Assembly: GCA_051653625.1 (NCBI GenBank)
Contig: JBOFWM010000063.1
Location: 9,799-73,798, forward strand
Reading direction: 5' to 3'
DNA length: 64,000 nucleotides
Source of the DNA: Lachnospiraceae bacterium
GTDB taxonomy: Bacteria > Bacillota > Clostridia > Lachnospirales > Lachnospiraceae
The position numbers and the translations under genes were made by a program. Of this stretch, positions 1 to 9,095 are shown piece after piece. The notes beneath the pieces were generated by a model. That model was not told the DNA's origin, made no database searches, and saw nothing but the letters and a program-made list of their open reading frames with translations. Every line of letters begins with the position of its first letter. Positions within the stretch are counted from its first letter, which is position 1.

Positions 1-230
1 TTCTTGCGAGTAAAACAAGACTACGTCCTGTATTTATGACTGCACTTACTACTGTTTTGGCATTATCTACTATGGTATTTAGTTCTGATATGGGATCTGA
101 AATGGGAAAACCAATGGCAATTGTGACTATTGGAGGATTAGTATATGGAACATTATTAACCTTATTTATAATTCCTACAATTTATGAAATCTTTAATCGT
201 AAAAAATATTTGGAGCAAGGGAATGGCTAA
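1..230 (+). CDS. RND (AcrB/HAE1-type) efflux permease, C-terminal end; the 5' part lies outside the window
   Basis: The frame is open from base 3 (..KTRLRPVFMTALTTVLALSTMVF..GGLVYGTLLTLFIIPTIYEIF). This matches the last TM helices of AcrB-family permeases. A TetR regulator gene follows directly. Confidence 0.7.
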   Translation, partial: LASKTRLRPVFMTALTTVLALSTMVFSSDMGSEMGKPMAIVTIGGLVYGTLLTLFIIPTIYEIFNRKKYLEQGNG

Positions 231-236
231 TAGAAA

Positions 237-860
237 GTGAAAAGAGTAGATATGAATAAAGAAAATAAAAATGAAAAAGTATTAGCTTTGTATGGTGCTG
301 TTGCAGAATTTGTTATGGAAAATGCCGATTTAAAAAAGATAACAGTTGCCGATATTACGAATAGAGCTGGAATTGGAAAAGGTACTGCATATGAGTATTT
401 TAAAAGTAAGGATGACATCATAATAGAAGCAATTCTTTATTTCGAGCAAAAAGCATTATTTGAAACAAAAGAGGAACTGGAAAAAATAGAAACATTCCGT
501 GAAAAAATAATGTATTTATTTACCCTTATGGAAAAAGAAAGAGTAGAAAAAGAATGCTTTTTAAAGTGTGTGCATATTGCGATTGGAGATGGAGAGATTG
601 CAGATAAGATTCGAAAAAGATTATCGGATAAAGACGTGGAAATGACTCCTTTATATTTTGTGGATTATCTAATACAATGTGGAATAAAAGAGGGAATGAT
701 ATCAAATAAATATCCCTATGAATATTTGATTGCAACACTTAGTTCGAGACTTGGAATTTTTTTAGTAAGTTGCGGCTATAAAGGAAACCAAATAATAATG
801 AACCATGATGAATTAAAAGAGCAATTATATGAAGGTATTATAAGAGAATTGAGAGAATAA
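237..860 (+). CDS. TetR/AcrR-family transcriptional regulator
   Basis: The N-terminal HTH ITVADITNRAGIGKGTAYEYFKSKDDII is the TetR signature. The ORF is 207 aa. The choice between GTG 237 and ATG 252 as start is unresolved. Confidence 0.85.
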   Translation: MKRVDMNKENKNEKVLALYGAVAEFVMENADLKKITVADITNRAGIGKGTAYEYFKSKDDIIIEAILYFEQKALFETKEELEKIETFREKIMYLFTLMEKERVEKECFLKCVHIAIGDGEIADKIRKRLSDKDVEMTPLYFVDYLIQCGIKEGMISNKYPYEYLIATLSSRLGIFLVSCGYKGNQIIMNHDELKEQLYEGIIRELRE

Positions 861-867
861 AAAAGAT

Positions 868-911
868 AGGCATATTATGTAGGTTAAATCAAATACATAG
901 TATGCCTTTTT
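868..911 (+). terminator. rho-independent terminator after the TetR gene
   Basis: A 14-bp stem aggcatattatgta / tacatagtatgcct (one G-U pair) is followed by a T-run. Confidence 0.7.
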
Positions 912-1023
912 GATTCACACGATCTTTACTTAATGCTTATCTTAATTTTACCTAAAAGGGTAGTATATAAAAGAACGAATCTATATAATATATCATATAC
1001 AAAATAAAAAGGAGGCAAAGTTT

Positions 1024-1851
1024 ATGCCATCAACTTATGCGCATTATAGAATGGGGAAATTTGTTTACAAGGAAATGGATGAAAAGAAAAAGGCAATTAT
1101 TAATCAATATTTTGATTTGTATATGATTGGACTTCATGGTCCGGACCTTTTATTTTATTATAATCCATTTACTAGAAATAAAGTTAATGCAATGGGAAAT
1201 GAACTGCATGAAAAGTCAGGATATGATTTCTTTGCACATGCAAAAGAAGTAATACAGGATGAAAAAGAGAAAGCACCATATCTTGCGTACATCTACGGAG
1301 TAATCAATCATTTTTCGCTTGATGTTTTTTGCCATGGTTATGTAGAAGAAAAAATGAAACAAAGTAATATATCACATGATGAAATTGAAGTAGAGTTTGA
1401 TCGGTTTTTACTTGTAAAAGATGGAATAGATCCTGTTAGTCAAAAGCTAACGACTCACATTAAAGTAGATAAAAAAAATGCAGCAATAATAAAATCTTTT
1501 TATAGGGGATTAACAGAAAAAGAAGTGCTAAAAGCATTAAGAGAAATGATTTTTTATACAAATTTATTTGTTGCACCAGGTATAGTAAAAAGAAACCTTC
1601 TTTTCTTTGGCTTAAAATTAGTTGGTCAATATAAAAAAAGAAAAGGTATGATAATGAATCGTATTCCAAATCCAAAATGTATAGATAGTTGCAATACCTT
1701 ATTCTCTTATTATCTTGATGCGCAAACAAAAACAGTAGATTTGATAGAAGAATTTGATGCATTTTTGGAATATGAAACGAGTATGAGTGAATTGTTTGAT
1801 AAAAACTTTAGTTCAATTACAGTTAGAAAGCGGAGTGAATGCATATGTTGA
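1024..1851 (+). CDS. zinc-dependent phospholipase C-like family protein
   Basis: His-rich motifs YAHYRMG, GLHGPDLLFY and INHFSLDVFCHGY resemble the bacterial Zn-dependent PLC-like domain. A GGAGG RBS lies 8 nt upstream of the ATG. Confidence 0.5.
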   Translation: MPSTYAHYRMGKFVYKEMDEKKKAIINQYFDLYMIGLHGPDLLFYYNPFTRNKVNAMGNELHEKSGYDFFAHAKEVIQDEKEKAPYLAYIYGVINHFSLDVFCHGYVEEKMKQSNISHDEIEVEFDRFLLVKDGIDPVSQKLTTHIKVDKKNAAIIKSFYRGLTEKEVLKALREMIFYTNLFVAPGIVKRNLLFFGLKLVGQYKKRKGMIMNRIPNPKCIDSCNTLFSYYLDAQTKTVDLIEEFDAFLEYETSMSELFDKNFSSITVRKRSECIC

Positions 1852-3080
1852 AATTAAATAGGGAAGAAAAAAATTGGATTTTATATGATGTTGGAAACTC
1901 TGCATTTATTTTAATGGTATCTACAATCATACCGATATTTTTTAATTATTTAGCAGAAGCAGAAGGTATATCAAGTGTAAATTACTTGGCATATTGGGGG
2001 TATGCAGCATCAGCTACAACGGCAATAGTTGTTTTGATAGGACCGTTATTAGGAAGTGTGGCAGATAATAGGGGTTTCAAAAAAATGTTACTTTTAGTAA
2101 GTGTTGTATTGGGGATTTTAGGATGTATCGTAATGGGATTTGCAAAGAGTTGGATTATCTTTCTTATTATTTTTGTGATTACAAAAGTTGGATATTCCAC
2201 TAGTCTTATTTTTTATGATTCTATGCTAGGGGATATTACAAAAGAAGAACGCATGGATCATATTTCGGCATGTGGGTATGCATGGGGATATGTAGGGAGT
2301 TGTATACCGTTTGTAATAATTTTATGTTTTATGTTAGGATATCAAGCAATAGGAATAACATTTGAGCAAGCAATGATTGTTTCTATGTTTATCACAGGCA
2401 TATGGTGGGGCGGAATGAGTTTGCCACTCCTTAAGAACTACAAACAGAAATTTTATATTACAAAAAGTGAAAATCCATTTAAAAAAAGTATGTTTCGTAT
2501 GTTTCATACTATAAAAAATGTGAAAAAACAAAAGAAAATTTTTCTTTTTTTACTTGCTTATTTTTTCTATATTGATGGAGTCTATACCATAATAGATATG
2601 GCTACAGCATATGGGTCGGCGCTAGGGCTAGATAGTACTGGATTATTACTTGCGCTTTTGTTAACGCAAATAGTTGCTTTTCCATTTGCACTTTTGTTTG
2701 GAAGGTTGGCGCAAAAATATAAAACAGAACATTTAATTCTTTTGTGTATCGTATCTTACACAGGGATTGCAATTTTTGCAATTTTCCTTCACCATCAATG
2801 GCAATTTTGGGTATTAGCAATATGGGTAGGAATGTTTCAAGGAGGTATACAAGCATTATCAAGATCATACTATACAAAGATCATTCCAAAAGAGCAATCA
2901 GGAGAATATTTTGGATTACTTGATATATGTGGAAAAGGAGCATCTTTTCTTGGGACATTAGTAGTAAGTATAACTACACAAGCGACAGGAAATCTAAATA
3001 TGGGTGTTTCTACACTTACTATTTTATTTATTATTGGTATTGTTTTATTTATAAGAGCAACCAAAATACAAAAATTTTAA
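1839..3080 (+). CDS. MFS transporter (UMF1/Atg22-like subfamily)
   Basis: 413 aa and hydrophobic throughout, with about 12 predicted TM segments. The start is ATG 1839 or, with better RBS spacing, ATG 1845. It overlaps the stop of the upstream gene. Confidence 0.7.
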   Translation: MHMLKLNREEKNWILYDVGNSAFILMVSTIIPIFFNYLAEAEGISSVNYLAYWGYAASATTAIVVLIGPLLGSVADNRGFKKMLLLVSVVLGILGCIVMGFAKSWIIFLIIFVITKVGYSTSLIFYDSMLGDITKEERMDHISACGYAWGYVGSCIPFVIILCFMLGYQAIGITFEQAMIVSMFITGIWWGGMSLPLLKNYKQKFYITKSENPFKKSMFRMFHTIKNVKKQKKIFLFLLAYFFYIDGVYTIIDMATAYGSALGLDSTGLLLALLLTQIVAFPFALLFGRLAQKYKTEHLILLCIVSYTGIAIFAIFLHHQWQFWVLAIWVGMFQGGIQALSRSYYTKIIPKEQSGEYFGLLDICGKGASFLGTLVVSITTQATGNLNMGVSTLTILFIIGIVLFIRATKIQKF

Positions 3081-3098
3081 AAAGGAATAAAAACAATT

Positions 3099-4019
3099 AT
3101 GAAGTATTACTTAGCGCCACTAGAAGGAATTACAACTTATATATTTAGAAATGCATATTATAAGTATTATGGAGAAATGGATAAATATTTTACACCTTTT
3201 ATCTCACCAAATCAAAATAGAGCAATGAGTACAAAGGAAAGAAATGATATTCTTCCAGAACATAATAAAGGGCTGACGATTGTCCCACAAGTTTTAACGA
3301 ATAAATCAAAAGAATTTTTAACAGTTGAAAAAGAATTAAGAGAATATGGGTATCAAGAATTAAATATCAATCTTGGGTGTCCATCTAAAACAGTTGTTAC
3401 AAAATACAAAGGAGCAGGTTTTTTAGATGTTCCAAAGAAATTAGAAGAGTTTTTAGAAGAAATTTTTGCTCATACAAATTGTGAGATTTCTGTTAAAACA
3501 AGAATTGGAATATCAGAGGAAGAGGAATGGGAGTATCTTCTACGTATTTATGAAAAATTTCCAATTAAAGAGTTGATTATTCATCCACGATTGCAGATGG
3601 ATTATTATAAAAACAAACCACGAATGACATGCTTTGAACAAGCCTTAAGAGTTCATCAAATTCCGATTTCCTATAATGGGGATCTTTTGACAAAAGAACA
3701 ATGTTTAGAGATTCAAAAAAAATATTCAACAGTAGATCGTGTTATGATTGGTCGTGGAATTTTAAAAAATCCACAATTGTTATTAGAGCAAGAAAAGAAA
3801 TTTGATATAAATACATTTACTTTATTTCATAATGAAATTTTAAATGAATATGAAGAGCTTATGAAAGAAGATCGAAATACGTTATTTAAAGTAAAGGAAT
3901 TATGGACATATTGGGAATGTCTTTTTCCATCAAAAGAAAAATTAATAAAAAAAATAAGGAAAAGTCAATCATTGAAAGAATATCGACAGCTCTATCATGA
4001 ATTAAGTTCTACAAAATAG
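3099..4019 (+). CDS. tRNA-dihydrouridine synthase (Dus family)
   Basis: The LAPLEGITTYIFRN N-terminus, NINLGCPSKTV (catalytic Cys loop), IHPR and MIGRG motifs are typical of FMN TIM-barrel Dus enzymes. Confidence 0.8.
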   Translation: MKYYLAPLEGITTYIFRNAYYKYYGEMDKYFTPFISPNQNRAMSTKERNDILPEHNKGLTIVPQVLTNKSKEFLTVEKELREYGYQELNINLGCPSKTVVTKYKGAGFLDVPKKLEEFLEEIFAHTNCEISVKTRIGISEEEEWEYLLRIYEKFPIKELIIHPRLQMDYYKNKPRMTCFEQALRVHQIPISYNGDLLTKEQCLEIQKKYSTVDRVMIGRGILKNPQLLLEQEKKFDINTFTLFHNEILNEYEELMKEDRNTLFKVKELWTYWECLFPSKEKLIKKIRKSQSLKEYRQLYHELSSTK

Positions 4020-4365
4020 AGCTAGGTTCAAATTTATTAAAAAAGCAACAATCTGTATCATTAGAAATGGAAGATTGTTTTTTATCCATTGCTTCTATAA
4101 TAGATGCAATTTTTTTTCGAGCCATCCATTCTTTCATGATAGAATCTTCTAAAATTTTATTTGTTGTATTACAAGCAACCTGTAATTCGCAAAAATCAAT
4201 TTTTTTACAAGACCATTGCTTTACAGCTTCTTGCAAAAGTTCGCCATGAGCATTCAAAAGATGGGACATTGCCATTTGATCCAATGCAATTGATTCTAGC
4301 AAATCGATAAATAATTCATCTGTATTAGGGCGATAGGTACCCTCTGGAATTTTAGGCATTCCCAT
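4009..4365 (-). CDS. small hypothetical protein, paralog A of a divergent pair
   Basis: 118-aa ORF with GGAG 8 nt upstream of the ATG. MGMPKIPEGT..IDLLESIALDQMAMSHLLNAHGELLQ aligns with the ORF at 4502-4870. Its 3' end overlaps the convergent dus-like stop by 11 nt. Confidence 0.6.
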   Translation of the reverse strand: MGMPKIPEGTYRPNTDELFIDLLESIALDQMAMSHLLNAHGELLQEAVKQWSCKKIDFCELQVACNTTNKILEDSIMKEWMARKKIASIIEAMDKKQSSISNDTDCCFFNKFEPSSIL

Positions 4366-4501
4366 AGTGATTACTCCATTTCAAACAATCTCTTTCTTAT
4401 TATGTAGTATATGTTGGAAATTTATTATTATTACAGAAAAAATACAGGCACTTACTTTTAAAATATACATATTATATTTGTATAATAAGTAATAAGGAGG
4501 A

Positions 4502-4870
4502 ATGCACAATATGTCAATGCCAAATATTCCTGATTTATCCCCTAATATTCAAATAGACCGTACAGATGCAATTAATATTTTATTAACATCAATCGGTCTT
4601 GAAGAATTATCTCTATCTCATATTGTAAATGCGGAAGCAGAAAAAATACAATATGCACTTGGTACATTACAAGTTGGAGAAGATGAAAATGGAAAACCAA
4701 TTTATAGTGAATCATTATCACCAGAAGAAGTGTTGAAAATGAATCAATCAGCAGGCAAGGTTTTAAGAGATGTTATTAAAAACCAAATGTTGTTAGGTAT
4801 GAAACTTGAAGAAGTTGTAGAAATTAACGAACCAGTTGTTACAACTGAGCCAGTAACACCAATAGCATAA
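4502..4870 (+). CDS. small hypothetical protein, paralog B of a divergent pair
   Basis: ORF preceded by taaggagg. The likely start is ATG 4511 (MSMPNIP...). INILLTSIGLEELSLSHIVNAEAEKIQ aligns with paralog A. It has a Pro/Thr/Val-rich C-terminal tail. Confidence 0.65.
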   Translation: MHNMSMPNIPDLSPNIQIDRTDAINILLTSIGLEELSLSHIVNAEAEKIQYALGTLQVGEDENGKPIYSESLSPEEVLKMNQSAGKVLRDVIKNQMLLGMKLEEVVEINEPVVTTEPVTPIA

Positions 4871-4875
4871 TATAG

Positions 4876-4911
4876 AAAAATTGGTCACTAAATATAGTGA
4901 TCAATTTTTTT
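4876..4911 (+). terminator. rho-independent terminator
   Basis: Stem attggtcacta / tagtgatcaat (one G-U pair), loop aata, followed by 7 T. Confidence 0.75.
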
Positions 4912-5003
4912 GCAAATTTTTATCATTGATTTCTTTGTTATAGATATATAGAGTATGATTTGGTATAATCAAAAAATAAAATAAGAAGGTAAAAGGAGAG
5001 ATC

Positions 5004-5186
5004 ATGGATATTCAAGTGGGAAATATAGTACGGTTAAAAAAACAACATCCTTGTGGAAGTAAGGAGTGGCTTGTAATAAGAAGTGGTGCAGATTTTCGAT
5101 TACAATGTTTAGGATGTGAACATCAAATCATGATAAGTAGAAGAAATCTTGAAAAAAACGTTAAAGAAATAAGAGAAAAAGCTTGA
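5004..5186 (+). CDS. DUF951 family small protein
   Basis: 60 aa with VGNIVRLKKQHPCGS..W.V.R.GADFRLQCLGCEH. This small CxxC protein commonly sits upstream of rpsF in Firmicutes. Confidence 0.7.
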   Translation: MDIQVGNIVRLKKQHPCGSKEWLVIRSGADFRLQCLGCEHQIMISRRNLEKNVKEIREKA

Positions 5187-5285
5187 AATATGAAATGAAT
5201 TATGGTAACATAACTATTCGTGATATAAAAAATAATATCCTTGCTCCAAAAGAGGGGCCAGAGACCAAAAGGAGGTAACAAAAGC

Positions 5286-5573
5286 ATGAACAAATATGAA
5301 TTAGTCGTTGTTATTAATGCGAAAATCGAAGATGAAGAAAGAGTGGCTACTTTAGAAAAAGTAAAAGCACTTGTAGAAAGATTCGGTGGACAAATTACAA
5401 ACATTGATGAATGGGGTAAGAAAAGATTAGCTTACGAAATTCAAAAAATGAAAGACGGGTTTTACTACTTTATTCAATTTGATGGCGCAAGTACTGTACC
5501 AGGCGAAATTGAAAGCAGAATTCGAATTACTGACAACGTTTTAAGATATTTATGCGTGAAACAAGAAGCGTAA
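5286..5573 (+). CDS. rpsF: 30S ribosomal protein S6
   Basis: MNKYELVVVINAKIEDEE... is a typical S6 N-terminus. ATG 5286 is preceded by aaaggagg. The ORF-track start at 5241 would add an untypical 15-aa extension. Confidence 0.95.
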   Translation: MNKYELVVVINAKIEDEERVATLEKVKALVERFGGQITNIDEWGKKRLAYEIQKMKDGFYYFIQFDGASTVPGEIESRIRITDNVLRYLCVKQEA

Positions 5574-5581
5574 AGGTATAC

Positions 5582-5599
5582 CTTCCGGTGTACCGGAAA
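5582..5599 (+). promoter_or_regulatory. GC-rich hairpin between rpsF and ssb
   Basis: cttccgg-tgta-ccggaag forms a 7-bp perfect stem with no U-run. It may be a processing or stability element. Confidence 0.3.
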
Positions 5600-5610
5600 G
5601 AGAGTAGAGT

Positions 5611-6057
5611 ATGAATAAAGTAATTCTAATGGGACGTTTAACAAGAGACCCTGAAGTAAGATATTCTGGGGGCGAAAATGCAATGGCAGTCGCTCGCTAT
5701 ACCATAGCAGTAGATCGCAGATTTAATCGTAACAATACAGAAGAAGCGAATGCAGATTTTATTTCATGTGTTGCATTTGGTAAGACAGGGGAATTTGCAG
5801 AAAAATATCTTCGTAAAGGAACTAAAATTGCGGTAACAGGACGTATCCAAACTGGTAGTTATACTAATAAGGATGGCGTGAAAGTATATACAACAGATGT
5901 AGTTGTGGAAGAGCACGAATTTGCAGAAAGCAAAGGTGGCGCTGGAAACGACGGTGGATTCCAACGAGGTGGATATGAAAGTCAAGCACCTGCAAGTTCA
6001 AGTGATGGCTTCATGAATATTCCGGATGGAATTGAAGAAGAGTTACCATTTAATTAA
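5611..6057 (+). CDS. ssb: single-stranded DNA-binding protein
   Basis: OB-fold N-terminus MNKVILMGRLTRDPEVRY, a Gly-rich linker and an acidic tip EEELPF. It sits in the rpsF-ssb-rpsR arrangement. Confidence 0.95.
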   Translation: MNKVILMGRLTRDPEVRYSGGENAMAVARYTIAVDRRFNRNNTEEANADFISCVAFGKTGEFAEKYLRKGTKIAVTGRIQTGSYTNKDGVKVYTTDVVVEEHEFAESKGGAGNDGGFQRGGYESQAPASSSDGFMNIPDGIEEELPFN

Positions 6058-6103
6058 TTAAAACTGGGGAATTCAAGATAAAATATAGATAGGAGGCAAT
6101 ACT

Positions 6104-6367
6104 ATGGCTTTTAATAAAAGTGATAAATCAGATTATCCGATGAAAAGAAAAGGTGCTATGCGCAGAAGAAAAAAAGTTTGTGTTTTCTGTGGAAAAGACA
6201 ACGCGATTGATTATAAAGATACAAACAAATTAAAAAGATATGTATCTGAAAGAGGAAAAATTCTTCCTAGAAGAATCACAGGAAACTGTGCAAAACATCA
6301 ACGTGCTCTTACAGTTGCAATCAAAAGAGCAAGACACGTTGCACTTATGCCTTATTCAATGGACTAA
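6104..6367 (+). CDS. rpsR: 30S ribosomal protein S18
   Basis: [10 protein letters not shown]...IDYKD...[23 protein letters not shown] is the S18 signature. Confidence 0.95.
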   Translation: MAFNKSDKSDYPMKRKGAMRRRKKVCVFCGKDNAIDYKDTNKLKRYVSERGKILPRRITGNCAKHQRALTVAIKRARHVALMPYSMD

Positions 6368-6381
6368 GATTTTTAAAATAC

Positions 6382-6418
6382 AGACCAATAGTTAGAAATA
6401 GCTGTTGGTCTTTTTTTA
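6382..6418 (+). terminator. rho-independent terminator after rpsR
   Basis: Stem agaccaatag / ctgttggtct (one G-U pair) followed by 7 T. Confidence 0.75.
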
Positions 6419-6526
6419 TTGCTAAAAAAATATCAATATTATTTATATGGAATAAGAATAACTTTCATGATATAATAGTTTTGGCACTTTGCATGATAAA
6501 ATAATTATGTACAAGTCCTTAGAGTT

Positions 6527-8602
6527 TTGGGAAGAAGAGGAAATATTAGTTTAATGAAAAACCAAGTGAAATTAAAAGGGGTGTTAAGAACATATCTTTA
6601 TTCATCCATAAATTTAGGATATTTATTGATATTCATAAACATAGCAGGTTATATGATTGATGTTAAAACTTCGATTATTTTAACTTTATTTTTAATATTG
6701 TATTTTTCGATTATTGGATATTTATTGCTTAATACAAAGCCGTACATTATCAATGAATTAGTAAGTTTTGCAACAGAATATGGACAAATACAAAGGAAAC
6801 TTTTGAAGGAGTTAGAATTGCCATATTTGATTTTGGATGAAAAAGGGAAAATTGTATGGTTAAATAAAGCGTTTGAACGTGAAATTAATATTTCAAGAGG
6901 ATATTCAAAATCAATTTCTTCTATTTTTCCGGAATTGATTCGTGAAAAATTACCAATTGATATTGAGGAAACGGAGCTTGAAATTTCATTTAATGAAAAA
7001 GAATATACTGCAAAACTTAAGAAAATTTCTTTAAAGGAAATGGTGAATCGAAGTGATATTCTTCGAGCAAAGGAATACGATGGATTTTTGATTGCAATGT
7101 ATTTGTTTGATGAGACAGCATTAAAAATAGCATTAAAGGAAAATGATAATCAGTCTCTTGCTGTAGGACTTATTTATCTTGATAATTATGAGGAAGCATT
7201 AGAAAGTGTAGAAGAAGTAAGACGTTCGCTATTAACGGCTTTGATTGATCGTAAGGTGAGCAAGTATGTTGCAAGTTTTGATGGTATTTTAAAAAAGATT
7301 GAAAAAGATAAATACTTTGTCATTTTTAGAAAAGAAGCAGTAATTAAATTACAAGGAAATAGATTTGACTTATTAGAAGAAGTAAAAACAGTAAATATTG
7401 GAAATGAAATGGCTGTGACCATAAGTATAGGTATTGGATTAAATGGATTATCTTATGCACAAAACTATGAATTTGCAAGGACATCTATCGGATTAGCTTT
7501 AGGAAGAGGTGGAGATCAAGCGGTTGTTAAAATACCGGATTCAATACAATATTATGGTGGTAAAAGTCAACAAGTTGAAAAGAATACAAGAGTAAAAGCA
7601 AGAGTAAAAGCGCATGCTTTAAGAGAAATCATTACTAGTAAAGATAAAGTACTGATTATGGGGCATCGAATTGCTGATGTAGATAGTTTTGGGGCAGCGG
7701 TTGGATTGTATCGAATTGCTAAAACATTAGATCGACAAGCGCATATAGTGGTAAATGATTTTACAACATCCGTGAAACCTTTAACGGAATTGTTTAGAAA
7801 TAATAGTGAATATGAAGAAGATATGATAATTAATAGCCAAGAAGCGCTTGAAATTGCGGAACAAAATGTAGCATTAATTATTGTGGATGTAAATAAACCA
7901 AGTATAACAGAATGTCCAGAGTTATTAAAGATTTGCAAATCAATCGTTGTGTTTGATCATCATAGACAAGGGACAGAAACAATTGATAATGCAGTTCTTT
8001 CTTATGTTGAAGCATACGCTTCATCAACATGCGAAATGGTTTCGGAGATATTACAATATATTAGTGATAATGTGAAGATTCGAGGAGAAGAAGCAGATTG
8101 TCTATATTCTGGAATTATGATAGATACAAGTAATTTTACAGTAAAGACTGGTGTTCGAACATTTGAGGCAGCGGCATTTTTAAGAAGATGTGGTTCTGAT
8201 GTTACTAGAGTAAGAAAATTATTTAGAGAAGAAGCTACAGAATATAAAGCGAAAGCAGATGCTGTAAGTCAAGCGCAAATTTATAGAGGAAATTATGCAA
8301 TTTCAATCTGTGATAGTACGGAGCTAGAAAGTCCGACTGTTGTATGTGCGCAAGCAGCAAATGAACTACTTAATATTCGAACGGTAAAAGCAAGCTTTGT
8401 ACTTACGATGTATCATGATATTGTGTATGTAAGTGCAAGATCGATTGATGAAATTAATGTTCAAGTGATTATGGAACGATTAGGTGGTGGAGGCCATTTA
8501 AATGTTGCTGGTTGTCAAATGGAAGGTATTACATTAGATGAAGCCATTGACAAAATAGAAGAAGTATTAGATCAAATTCAGCAAGAAGAAGGAATTTCTT
8601 AA
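6527..8602 (+). CDS. gdpP: GdpP/YybT-type DHH-DHHA1 phosphodiesterase (c-di-AMP phosphodiesterase family)
   Basis: Two N-terminal TM helices, PAS-like and degenerate GGDEF-like regions, DHH motifs (ADVDSFGAA, VVFDHHRQ) and DHHA1 GGGGH. It occupies the conserved position between rpsR and rplI. ATG 6554 is an alternative start. Confidence 0.85.
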   Translation: MGRRGNISLMKNQVKLKGVLRTYLYSSINLGYLLIFINIAGYMIDVKTSIILTLFLILYFSIIGYLLLNTKPYIINELVSFATEYGQIQRKLLKELELPYLILDEKGKIVWLNKAFEREINISRGYSKSISSIFPELIREKLPIDIEETELEISFNEKEYTAKLKKISLKEMVNRSDILRAKEYDGFLIAMYLFDETALKIALKENDNQSLAVGLIYLDNYEEALESVEEVRRSLLTALIDRKVSKYVASFDGILKKIEKDKYFVIFRKEAVIKLQGNRFDLLEEVKTVNIGNEMAVTISIGIGLNGLSYAQNYEFARTSIGLALGRGGDQAVVKIPDSIQYYGGKSQQVEKNTRVKARVKAHALREIITSKDKVLIMGHRIADVDSFGAAVGLYRIAKTLDRQAHIVVNDFTTSVKPLTELFRNNSEYEEDMIINSQEALEIAEQNVALIIVDVNKPSITECPELLKICKSIVVFDHHRQGTETIDNAVLSYVEAYASSTCEMVSEILQYISDNVKIRGEEADCLYSGIMIDTSNFTVKTGVRTFEAAAFLRRCGSDVTRVRKLFREEATEYKAKADAVSQAQIYRGNYAISICDSTELESPTVVCAQAANELLNIRTVKASFVLTMYHDIVYVSARSIDEINVQVIMERLGGGGHLNVAGCQMEGITLDEAIDKIEEVLDQIQQEEGIS

Positions 8603-8636
8603 AAATAAATATATTTAGAAAAAGGCGGTTAGGACT

Positions 8637-9089
8637 ATGAAAATTATATTATTACAAGATGATAAAAAATTAGGAAAAAAGGGTGATATTATAAATGCAA
8701 ACGATGGATTTGCTAGAAATTATATCTTGCCAAAGAAAATTGGATTGGAAGCGACACCTAAAAATCTTAACGATTTAAAACTACAACATGCAAATGAAGA
8801 AAGAGTTGCAAAAGAGCAACATGATGCAGCAATTGCTTTTGGTAAAGAGCTTGAAGAAAAAGAAGTTATTGTTAAAATAAAAGCAGGAGAAGGTGGAAAA
8901 ACATTTGGGTCAGTTTCTACAAAAGAAATTGCAACAGCTTTTAAAGAACAATTTGATATAACAATTGATAAAAAGAAAATTCAACTAGCAGATAACATTA
9001 AAAACTTTGGTATTTATGAAATAAAAGTGAAATTACATCCTAAGGTAGTAGCAACTTTAAAAGTACGTGTTGCTGAGGAAGGAAAATAG
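8637..9089 (+). CDS. rplI: 50S ribosomal protein L9
   Basis: MKIILLQDDKKLGKKGDIINANDGFARNYILPKK is the typical L9 N-terminus. Confidence 0.95.
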   Translation: MKIILLQDDKKLGKKGDIINANDGFARNYILPKKIGLEATPKNLNDLKLQHANEERVAKEQHDAAIAFGKELEEKEVIVKIKAGEGGKTFGSVSTKEIATAFKEQFDITIDKKKIQLADNIKNFGIYEIKVKLHPKVVATLKVRVAEEGK

Positions 9090-9095
9090 TTTAGT

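Noticed and set aside
2927-3148. 73-aa plus-strand ORF overlapping the end of the MFS gene and the start of the dus-like gene in another frame
   Set aside because: It is an alternative frame of two well-supported genes, with a Tyr/Ile/Lys-rich low-complexity translation and no RBS.
5241-5285. N-terminal extensions suggested by ORF-track starts: rpsF 5241, pflA 12126, GH18 16809, ruvX 25688, yjfB-like 36182, ftsE 38200, murR 63370, rsmE 20400, prmA 19428 and the desulfurase 21197
   Set aside because: In each case an internal start codon has a properly spaced Shine-Dalgarno sequence and gives the N-terminus typical of the family. Several of the longer versions run into promoters or terminators.
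7186-7938. Minus-strand ORFs 7186-7422 and 7567-7938 inside gdpP
   Set aside because: These are antisense frames of a conserved gene, with no RBS and no motif.
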